Virus record (IMG/VR): IMGVR_UViG_3300033463_000305
Coordinates: 1 to 42,921 of that record
Source: a virus
Reading direction: 5' to 3' (one strand)
DNA length: 42,921 nt
Part shown: piece after piece, positions 1-10,200 of the stretch
How the letters are laid out: each line of letters begins with the position of its first letter
Numbering within the stretch: the stretch's first letter is position 1
Made by a program: the position numbers and the translations under genes
Notes under the pieces: model-generated
Told to the model about the DNA's origin: nothing
What the model saw: the letters and a program-made list of their open reading frames with translations, nothing else
Databases searched by the model: none

Positions 1-127
1 GGTCGCCGGAAACGGATAGTTCGGAAACGGCATATTTATCCCCTCCTGCTGAAAAAGTATGTCGGTACGGTCTGTCCGGAGTCGAAGGTATCCCACCAAT
101 CGCCGTCTATCACGGCGACGGCGTGCT
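1..127. repeat. Terminal direct repeat, copy 1 (identical to 42795..42921)
   Basis: Read by eye: ggtcgccggaaacggatagttcgg...cacggcgacggcgtgct is identical at both window ends. The - strand ORFs continue across the junction. Confidence 0.95.
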
Positions 128-416
128 CATGAGGCCCCAGGACGTATATTCCCTTCGGATGATCTGCGGCGAAGTCGGACACGGTATAGCACTCAGGGCA
201 CCGATCAATGATCTTCTGCCGGGTGAAGCCGTTCATTCGGAGCATTTCCCACCACACACGGTTTGATGACGGCATATCCGCCATGAGTTTTGCCAGGTCA
301 CACAGTTCCCGGTGAACGTCACTCCATTTTCGGCCCGTCACGGCGCAGATCGCCCGCACGGTACAGTCCCCGACCATCAGTCCCTGCGGGTTCGGGTTCC
401 AATTTTGCCACGCCAT
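36..416 (-). CDS. Conserved phage protein, putative papain-fold cysteine peptidase
   Basis: 126-aa ORF with GGAGGG 7 nt upstream of the ATG at 416. The Cys in GDCTVRAI and the His in HAVAVIDGDWWDTFDSG have the order and spacing typical of papain-like folds. The family is recalled as recurrent in Firmicutes phages. Confidence 0.5.
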   Translation of the reverse strand: MAWQNWNPNPQGLMVGDCTVRAICAVTGRKWSDVHRELCDLAKLMADMPSSNRVWWEMLRMNGFTRQKIIDRCPECYTVSDFAADHPKGIYVLGPHEHAVAVIDGDWWDTFDSGQTVPTYFFSRRG

Positions 417-507
417 GCCTTGCCCTCCTCATGCTCTCGATCTCCCGTCTGTACCGCTCCACGTCGTAGGCGTAGCAGTCCAGGAGCTCCAGGTAGTCGT
501 AGGTCAT
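319..507 (-). CDS. Small hypothetical protein (62 aa)
   Basis: AGGAGGACAGAGAA precedes the ATG at 507 (MTYDYLELLDCYAYDVERYRREIE...). The 3' 98 nt overlap the next gene, so the true end or functionality is uncertain. Confidence 0.35.
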   Translation of the reverse strand: MTYDYLELLDCYAYDVERYRREIESMRRARHGVAKLEPEPAGTDGRGLYRAGDLRRDGPKME

Positions 508-586
508 TTCTCTGTCCTCCTGGCTCAAGGGTACGAAAAAAGACCGGACCGTGCCATAGCACGATCCGGTCACTTTCGTGTCAATT

Positions 587-817
587 TTAGAGCATCAGGA
601 CGAGCTTGTCGTAGTACCTGCGTACGTACCTGCCGATGGTGGAAACGGAGAGCTGTGTCTCCTCTTCGATCTGCTCATAAGTTTTGCCGTCCACCATGTA
701 CAGCTTCAATACCTCGCGGGCTTTCTCGCTTTTGGGTCCAATGAGATATTCGTCAATCAGGCTGCACAGCTTTTCTCTCGCCCGCTGGTCGTCAATGTCC
801 CACGTCGTCCGTCTCAT
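587..817 (-). CDS. Sigma-70 region-4-like HTH DNA-binding protein
   Basis: 76 aa. The pattern ..REVLKLYMVDGKTYEQIEEETQLSVSTIGRYVRRY.. matches the region-4/LuxR-type HTH arrangement. Confidence 0.55.
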   Translation of the reverse strand: MRRTTWDIDDQRAREKLCSLIDEYLIGPKSEKAREVLKLYMVDGKTYEQIEEETQLSVSTIGRYVRRYYDKLVLML

Positions 818-865
818 TTGCCCTTCTTTTTGGTCATTTTTCCTTTGGCCCCGCCATTTTTCTTT

Positions 866-1216
866 TTAATCGCAACCTTCTTCTTCGTCAGTTGCTGGCC
901 CATTATAATCCACCTCATTCCCGTCGCCGATCAGGTTGAGCCCTCTGCCGTCCTGCGTGTAGGTCTCCGTGTAAGCCTCAATATCGTACTGTTCCAGGAA
1001 AGCCAGCCAGCGGTCATTCTGCGCCTGAATCGCCGCCGTGAACAGCCTCTGCTGCGCAGACATTACGGCCAGCAGGATTGCAATGGTGGCACAGACCGTA
1101 ATGATGATCACCACGAGGGCGCGAATGATTCGCTTGTCCCTGGCGTCCGCTCTTGCAATTTCCCTCTGGTAGCAATACCAGGGAACCGGCTGAATGTTGC
1201 GTTCATCGTCCTGCAT
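866..1216 (-). CDS. Small membrane protein (one TM helix, acidic C-terminal tail)
   Basis: 116 aa with hydrophobic stretch IIRALVVIIITVCATIAILLAVM. It lies immediately downstream of the giant ORF in the same operon. Confidence 0.55.
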   Translation of the reverse strand: MQDDERNIQPVPWYCYQREIARADARDKRIIRALVVIIITVCATIAILLAVMSAQQRLFTAAIQAQNDRWLAFLEQYDIEAYTETYTQDGRGLNLIGDGNEVDYNGPATDEEEGCD

Positions 1217-1257
1217 TTTTTTCTCACTTTCCGGGGCCGCCGGAGCGGCCCCTGTTG

Positions 1258-4200
1258 TTATGCCGTTGGCAGATTCAGCGTCGGCACGGACCTGCTCGCC
1301 GTGCCGTCCGGGTTCTGCTTGTTGGCCTTTGCTGCCACATCAGCGGGGATTGCCCCGGATTGCCATTCGTCGTAATACTTGGCGTAGGTCTTGCTGGTAT
1401 ATTCCTCTCCGCGTTCCGTCATGAAGGCCGTTTTGGCCACATAGTTGGCGAAGTTACCGCACCAATTAAGGACCTCAGCCTGCTCGTCTGCGGGTAGGGC
1501 TTTATACCACTTGCTCTTACGCACGGCGTCCGCAAATTGCGTGGTGACTTTGCCCCTGGTCTCCTGGTACTGCGTCCGCTCGTCAGGGGTCAGCGTGTAC
1601 TTCTCCTTGTTGATGGTGATGGAGTAGGGGGCGTTGCGCTCGGGGAGGATTTTTGCCTCTCCCGTTTCGTCATACACCCGCAAAAACTCGTCCGTGACTG
1701 CGGTTGAGTGGTAGACGCTGATATTGCCCGGGCTGAGGAGGGCGTTCAGAGCGTTCAGCGCCGGCGCTTGATAAGCCTTCTCCTCGCCCAGCGGGGTGAG
1801 TTTCGGCGCGAGTTGCTGACGGACGCCGGGGATGGCGTTTGCCACTTTCGCCGCCGTCTGTTCCAGGAGGTTCTGGCTCCGGTACTGGTCCCTGTAAACG
1901 GTGTCCGTTGCCTGGGCGATCTGGCGGATAGGCGCGGGGATGAAGCCGGAAACGGAGGACGCGGCGATCTCCATGGGAATCTGCATATACAGCGGGAGGT
2001 CGTTGGCCTCGTCGTGGTATCTCACCGTGCTGTAGATATTGGACAGTGTTTGCATTGCTGATGTGTCCTCCAGCGCCAGCCAGATTCCTTGCAGGCTCTT
2101 CTCCCCCATTTTCCCCGCCGTCTTGAGGTTGCGGAACATGTCATAGAGATCCATCGCCTTTATCTCCGGGTCGTTTACCGCCAGGGCCGCAATCGTCATG
2201 AGGGAGTCAAGCGGCTCCAGGAATCCGATGTCCGCCAGCACGTCACCCTCCTGCACATCAAGGCTCCCGCCGGAGAGCATCCTGCCCAGGGCGCTTACAT
2301 TGAGCTGGGTGCCGTTGAATCCCTGGGACTGGCGCAGCGCAGCGGCGTTTTTGTCCTTCTCATCGTCCTTGCGGCGCAGGAGCCCGGCTTTGGCCAGGAG
2401 GGCGAACAGGGTAATGAGCCCCGTCCCGGTGGTCGCCCTGCCGATGGAGAGGGCGGCGGCACGCTGCTTCGCCAGAGTGCTTTCCCCTTTGCTTTTGAGG
2501 TTCCCCAGTTGGGCAATGTTATAGATGGCCTTCAGGTATCCCACGGGGGAGAACTCAATGGCCCGGTGAATCAGGGCTCCGGGGACCTGGGTATATTTCA
2601 CCACCAAATCGCCCAGGCCAAAGTCATGCACCGGCAGTCCCTTGATGGTCTTGCCGTTGGTGGTCCCGGTCCCGATGATGTTCAGCACGTCCTTCAGCCC
2701 GCCCAGAATAGACCCTATGACCGTGCTGTCCTGGAAGGACCGATACAAGGCCATGTCTGTGGCGAACTCTGCGGCCTGCTCAACGGTCATGTCGCCACGG
2801 TCCACGAAGCGGGCCAAGCTCTCCATGGTCTCACCGTAGACGCTTCCCTTGTGAAATTCATCCGTGGTGTTGAGTTCATAGCCCAGGATGCGCTCCGCCT
2901 GGGAGAGTATCTTCCCCACCGTTCCGCTACTCGCCATGGCGAAGGTGCGGCGTCCGCCGGTCCCGTACTTAGACTGGTTCCGGTCATTCGGCGCGGCGTC
3001 CAGGGCGATCTCCAGAAGGTTTCTACCGGCTCCTTGCAGAGCGCCCTGCCGCTTCTGCTGGGAAGCCCAAGACTTGTTTAGGCCCACGCTCCGCTGACCC
3101 GTGATTGCCCCCATGATGATATCGGGCAAAAGGCCCACGTTGTTGGCGAGGGAGTCTACCATGTCGAACACCTGGTTGCTGGTCAGGTTCCGCATGGCGG
3201 TTCTGGCGTTCAGGAGGTGGGAGATGATCTGCACCGTGCTGATTTTCTCACCGGCCGTGCGGGGCTTGTAGTCTGCGGCTATAAGGTCGAGCTGCGCCAT
3301 GGCTAGGTTGCGGAGGTATTCCACGTCGGTTTCCCCGCTCAGCACTTTCTCCGCCATGCGGTCAAGCTTGGTGTTCCGCACCGCCGCCTGCTGCCGGATG
3401 AGGGACCGCAGCCCCTCCAGGTCATCGTCCGCCATGGCGTCCAGGGTATCGGCAAAGCTCGCCATGCTGTCCATGATCTGCCGCTGCTCCGCCCGGCTGA
3501 GCTTACCCAGGCCCAGGGCGTCCACCACAGCGTCCTCCACGTTGGCGTTGGTCAGGCCGCCCAGCCGGAAGAGATCGAGCAGCTTGTCCCGCTGTGCGGG
3601 CTTGACCCGCTCGCCCTTCTCCTCGAACATCTTCCGCAGAGCTTTGTCCGCGGCGGCAGCCAGCCGGTCCATGTAGTCCCCGGCGATGTAATCCGCAGCG
3701 ATGGCGGCGTCCGTGCCAGTGATGCCCAGGTCGTTGATGAGGTACTGCGCGATGGCGTTGGCCGCGTCGGTCTTGGTCTTGCGGCTCTCCCGGAGGAGGG
3801 ACTGGAGCTTCTGGTCCAGCTCCCGGGCCGCTTCCTGCTCCATGCGGCCCAGCCGCCCGGCCTGGTCGTCTTCCATGACCAGGTTGGTGATGTGCCTGGC
3901 CACGGCGTCCCGGACCTCGTCAGAGCCCACCTGCTTGGCGAACTCGTCGGCGATGCGGTTGATCGTGCTCTCATTCACTCCGGCGGCGGCCAGGTTCAGG
4001 ATGTCCTTCTTGCTCAGCCCCAGGGTGTCTGCGCTCTCCAGGATGGCCCGGAACATGGTCTGGTCCATGTCTCCGCCGTTGTAGGTGATCGTGGCATTCA
4101 GGAAGCTGTCCAGCGCCGCCAGCCGCTCCTCGTCCTCGGCGTACATGGCCCGCAGGACCTGCTTGGCCTCGTCCCAGGCCTGCGCGTAGGCCTCCCGGTT

Positions 4201-7200
4201 GTTGAGATAGTCCGTGATGCGCTCCACCGCGGTGCGGGGCTTCTGTCCTTCGGGACGGTCCGGGAGGGCATGCTCTTCGGCAAACGCCATGAGGTCGCCC
4301 AGGATGATCTGCATGGTGGTGCGCTCTTTGTTGCTCGGATCGTCAAAGCGCCTGCTGATCCGGTCCGCCAGCTCGTCGCCGGTGAGCTTGACCCACTGAT
4401 CGACGGGGGCACCGTGGTCTCTGGCGTACTTCTGGTTGAAGATGCGGTGGATCTGCCGGATGACGTTCTCCGCGTCCCGGGCTCTCTGCTCGGACCGCTT
4501 TTTCTCCTTGGGCAGCCGGGGCTTCCGCCCGGAAGTGTCCTCCACGGCTCCCTTCGCCGCCCCCTCGACAGCGCCGTCAACGGCCCCCAGGATCCCGCTC
4601 ACGTGGCCCTGGATGCGTTTCTGCTCCGCCGGGGTCAGCTTACCCGCCGTCTCACGGAGGCGCTCAGAGGCCTTCCTGGCTTGCTCAGTGGCGGTCCTGC
4701 TGTACTTGGCGAAGGCCTGCACGAACTGCCCGCCTTTGGTGCCCTTCTCCTGGATAACGTGGGACCACTCATGGAACAGGCTGTAGTCGCCGGTCTCGCG
4801 CCCGATCTGCCGGTACTGATGGAGGATGCCCATGGCGGTGTCCAGGTCGGACCCGCCCCACTGATCTGCGGTGGACAGCTTCTCCACCTCACCGGCGAAG
4901 TCCCTGCGCAGCCGCCCCAGGGCGTTCTGCATGGACTTCTGCTCGCTGATGGGGTCGTAGCTGAACTCTCCGGGCTGGGTCTCTGCCATCTGCGCCTCGA
5001 CCTCGTTGTACAGGCCGCCCAGCTCGAAGGCGTGGGTGCGGACCCGGGAGACCCTCTTCCTGCCCCGCCCGCCGGTGCGCCCGGTGCGGCGCTGTTCGGT
5101 GAGGTATTCCGCCTTGGCGATCTCCTGCGGGTCGATTTCGCGGGAGGTGTTACCAGAGGGCATCTTCGACTGGTAGGCGTAGTAACTCTTCGGGTTCTGC
5201 GGTTCGGAGATGATATCAGGGTCGATTTCCCGCAGCGCCTCGCGCAGGGAGGGCGTCACAGTGTTTGCGGGGATTTTGATTCCTGTGCCCTTCAGGTCGT
5301 GGTTCACAATGCGGTCCGCCACCTCGGCGTCTGAAAGCACACGGGCAACTTTCATCCACCTGGAGAGGAACAACCTACGGGGCTCACCGCCAGCTTTGGC
5401 CAGCGCGGTGGCCACATCTCCGCTCTTCCAGTCCGCCCAGCCCACAGGGTCCTTGGCCATATCCGCGTGGTAGGGGTGGTCCTCCTCGCTTCTCGGCACG
5501 ATGACCTCAACAGTGACCAGGTTGGGGCGCTCATAAGCTCCCTTGAACTGATCATTCAGTACGTAGTTACTGGCGTGATTGTAGGGGTTGTACGCTACGC
5601 CGGTATTATCTCCGCTGACCGGCTTGCCGATGTTGGTGCTCGCCCACTTCGCTCCGGGTTTCATCGTGGCGGTCTCCGGGTGCTCGTCGGCCTTGATCCA
5701 GGACGCGCCGGTCTGCTCCCCATCTACGACATCGTACACATCGCCGTTCTCGTCCACATACCCGAAAGGAGCGGAACGGAAGATGATGTTCCCGGCGGTC
5801 CTCGGGGTCTTTCCTGCATTAGGGTCCCGGCGCACGGTGTCCGCCATGGGGGAGCGGAGAGCTTTGCGTCCATCCTCGTCCTCAACGACTTCCATGGTGC
5901 GGTAGAGGTGAATGACGTCGCCGTTTTTCTCGGCTTCGTTCAGGTCGCGCAGAGTATCAGGGTCAATTTCCCGGCTGAAGCGGATGTCATCGTCCTGGGC
6001 GTTGAACCGCTCAGACAGGGGGATGACGTTGCCCTGGTCGTCGTAGGTCACGGGGTCGGCGGATTTAATCTGATCGGGGTCAAATACCACGTACTGCCCG
6101 GAAGCGGTGTTCCGATATGTCGCGTCGATTGCGTCATAGCCAAGGGATTTCAGCTCGTCCTGAATCTCGGTATTGCTAAAACCCTTATCCTCAGCCAAAT
6201 AGTTTATGAACCGATAGGTGCGGCCCGCGATGAAATTTGCCTCGGCCTTGGACATTCCCATTCTTTGCAGGGCCTCTGCTCCACGGGGGATAGGCTCGTC
6301 CGCATTGATGATATTCCTCTGGGATAGATAAACCGACATAACCTTCGGTTCGGCTTTCCCGGAAAGACCGCTTCTTCCCCGGCGCACCCACTCCCGCGCC
6401 TCGTTTTCGTTCGGCGTGAAGTAGAAGCCGCCGCCAAATTCCAGATAGCCATCATGGTTTCTGCCCTGCTCGCCTCTGGAGAACTTGGTGAAATCATCCG
6501 TCGTGCCGTGGTAAGCCTTGATGGTATATCCAGCCTGCTTTGCCGCCTCGTCCACCATCCGCTGGGCGGTGCCCATGTCCCCGGATTCAACGGCGGCCAG
6601 ATAGTCGCGGTCGAGCTCGCGGCTGAATTTCACGTCCGGGATGCTGTTCAGTTTTGCCAGTCTGTCCGCGTCGTCGCCACTCCGGTATTCCAGAGTGTTC
6701 ACCCCGTTGTCGTCCAGCACCTTCCGCGCCTGGGCGGAGATGTCGCTGGGCACCACCGCCGCCGCGATTTCGTCAAAGCCGACGGCCCGCATGGGCTTGG
6801 CCTCGAAGTATTCCGTGGGAAGCTGCGCGGCGTCACGGTATAGCTGTCTGAGCTCCTGGGCAATATCCTTGCCGATGGTGTACCCGTCCTTGCTCATGGA
6901 CCGGGTGATACTGCTCTCCGTCTTAGCCCCACGCGCCGCGTTGATGATGGCCGCCGCGAGAAGGTCATACTCTTCAAAGCGGTTGTCACTCCAGTGCTTG
7001 GTGGAGCTGTATATCCGCTCCACGGCGTCTGTGATTCTGGCATCCAGGCCCTTTTTCAGTTGCTCAAATTCTTCCTGGTCAATCGCGCCCAGTCTGCCGC
7101 GATCCGCCCTAATTTCCTCAACGTTCCGGTATTCCGGCGTCGTCACGCTTTGCAGGGACCCGGCGGTAACGCCCCAGGTGCTCGCCCCGCGCTGCGGCTC

Positions 7201-10200
7201 CGAAGCCATTGCCCGCACGATGTTCTCCAGCGTGTACGGGTCATAGAGTGAATCCCATTCGCGCCGGTTTCCTGCGGACGTGTAGATGTCCTTCTGGTTG
7301 CGGATTCCCTTCTTAGCAACAAGACCGCTTGCCAGGTCGTTCAGCCATGCGCGGTACTCGGCTTCTGTTCCCTCGGTATTGAACTCCTGCCGGATTGCCG
7401 TCCTCAGTGCTTCCGTATCAACTTCCGCCCTGCTGCTATCGTTCTCCATCTGCAATACGGCGTAAAGGATGCTGTTAAGTTTGGAATACGGCTGCTCCTT
7501 GCTGTATAGCGCATCGGCCACACGCTCGACCGTGGCACGGTCTGCTTTCCCCTTGGCGAGGGTTTTCTGGATGTAGTCCCGTTTGAGCCATTCCCGCAGT
7601 TCGGGCTCGATCTTCATTGTTTCATCGTAACCCGCGCTAAAGAGTTCCTGCACATTATACTTGGCGGCGAGCTCCCGGAGGGATTCGTTGCTCATGTACT
7701 GAGAGTACGCCTTTTCTTTGGTCGGTGCTCTGTCAAGCCTCCCGGCTTCTTTCAGGAAAGCATACTTCAATGCGTCCTCGTTGCCGTAAGCGGTGGCGAA
7801 GTCTCCGTTGTGGCGATTCAGTTTGTCTTTGAGGTTGTCGTCATCAATGTACGTCTTGATGACATCCGCGTCTTCGCCCAGGATGTTCTCAATGCGGCTG
7901 CGCAACGCTTTGGAGGCTTTTTCGTCCAGTTTATAGCCAACCGTCGGGCTGGTCGGCGTCCAGGCGTCGCTGCCGAACACCCGGTTCCTCCGGTCCGCCT
8001 GCGGGTCGATGGTGTCCTTGGTGTACACCAGGGAGATGGGCCCGTACTTGGTGTGCCCGGCATCCGCCTTGACGATGGCGATTGACGGCGCGGGAGCCCC
8101 GCCCAGCTCGCCCATGTCGATAAGGTTGCGTTCTGTCAGATTATGAACAGCAATCAGATCGGCAGTTTCCTCAGCGGGCATCTCCATAGAAAAGCGATTA
8201 CCCGTAATCTCGGTGCTGGCGCTTCCCTGCGTCTGAGCGCCTCTGTTGTTCTTCGCCGGCACGACGCCACGCCGCTCTGCCGCCCGGATGTCCTTCTTGG
8301 CGGTGGCCTTTGTCCGCACGTCCCCGGCCCTGCCTCTGGCAATGTCCAGCATGTCGAAGCCCGCCCGGTAGTCCGCCAGAAGCTCCTCTATGATCTTGTT
8401 CTCGTCGGTGACGCCCAGGGAATTATAGGCCTCCGCATACCTGTCCACAATGCTGGAGAGGTACGGCTGGAGCCTTGCATCGGAAAGCAGCGCGTCCTCC
8501 ACCGCCTGGCGGTATCCGGGGGCACTCTTGATGAGCTTGTGCAGTTCCTCATGGTCAAGGATTTGCTGCCAGGTGAGTTTGCTGTGGTCGGCCTGGATCA
8601 GCATCCGCTTCCTGTCAGCGGAAATCCAGCCACGGAAATTGTAGTCCCCGCTGGAGTCGTTCACACGGCCCTGCCCGATCATGAATTGGAGGTCGATACC
8701 GTTCTTTGCCGCCTCCTGCTGCGCGGTGCGCATAGCGCCGTCCAGCATATCCGTCGGCATGATCTGGAACGTCTGGTCCTCCGTGCCTCCGGGTATGCCC
8801 TGTTCCGCCGCGCTGGTGAAGGTCAGATCCCGAGCTTCCGCTTGATCGCGGAGGCGATTTGCTCTGGCGTTTTGCTGGGCGAATTGGGTTTCTGCGCTTC
8901 GCTGGGCCCGGTTCGCCCGGTACTCCGCGAGGAATCGACCCAAACCGGAACGCCGTTCCGCTCGGTCAAGAATCTCCCGGCTCCGCTGGGTTTCTGCCGC
9001 TGCTCTGGCCCGCTCGCGGAAGGAAGTTTGAGGCTGCTGTTCTCCTGCGGCCTCTGCGGTTGCACGGTCGGAAGTTTCAATGGTTCGGCCATTGCTGACT
9101 ACCTCCTCAGTATTTGTCTCAAGATTACCCTGCGCCTGCGCCTGTGTCAACAGGTTCGTATTCAGGCGGGCATAGCTCTCCACGGCCTGGCGGATCTGCT
9201 GCCGTCCGGCAGAATCGTCCCTCACCGTATCGATCAGCCCGGATTCCCGGAGGGCCTGCATGGAGGCAGCATCGTTGATGATCCGCCGCGCGTCGTTCTG
9301 GGTAAGCTGTTCGCCGGAGCGCAGCTTGTCCAGCGCCTTGGCAAGGGGATTGCTCTCAGAAGGCGTAGGAGGCGCTGTGCGCGTCTCCGGCTCGGTGGGT
9401 GTCTCTGCATGCGCCTGCCCGGATTCTTTCTCGGCGGCTGCCCTGGCGGCAGACGCAGCATCTTCCGCGACACCTCCGGCATAACGGAGCACGTTGCCAC
9501 CCATGCCCATACCTACACCGGAGATAATGCCGCCCATGGCGTCCAGGGCAAGCCCGGTTATCCACTTCCGCAACGCCGGACCCGTTCCCATCTCGTCAAT
9601 GTCCTTCAGCAGCTCGCTCTTGTCACCGTTGATCATCAGGTCGGTGACGGTGTTGGCAAGGGTGGTGAAGGCTTCCTCGCTGCCCTCCACAAGGCCCTGC
9701 TTTCCGGCGTTGATGATCCAGGGCCCAACCTTTTTTGCCAGTTTGGAGACCCACTTTTCGGTGAGTTTTTCCCCGATGGTCTCTCCGGCCTTCGCCTCGA
9801 TGGAGCCCACCAGGTTGTCCAGGCTGATTTTCTCAAAGGCATATTCCGCGATGCCGGCGGCGTACCCGGTGAGAAGTGCCTGACCATCAGACGCGCCACG
9901 CTCCTTGGCGTCGTACACGGCCTGCTGGGCGGCTCCGCCAGACATGAGGGAGAGGGTGACGGGTTCCGGGACGCCGAAGCGATTCAACAGGAGCTGCGTA
10001 CCAGAATCGGCTAGGCTCATGCCGGTCTGGTAAGCGAAGGAGGCCAAATTGACGATCCCGGGGATTTCAGCCTTCGGGAATCGCTCCTCCAGGTTCTTGG
10101 ATACCTCGCTGCGGATCTGCTGCGTGATCTGGCCCGGCGCCTGTAAAGGCGTGTTATAATCAATCGGGCGGTTGTCGCCCATCATCCGCCGGATGTTCTG

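Noticed and set aside
8143-10014. Long + strand ORFs such as 8143..10014 (623 aa), 22290..24515 (741 aa), 24984..26492 (502 aa), 40162..42228 (688 aa), 3892..5334, 11213..12865, 13370..14551 and 19315..20121
   Set aside because: All lie antisense to - strand genes that have clear RBSs and recognisable protein families. Their translations are dominated by R/G/P/A/L runs typical of out-of-frame reading in high-G+C DNA. None has a convincing RBS. They are treated as compositional artefacts.
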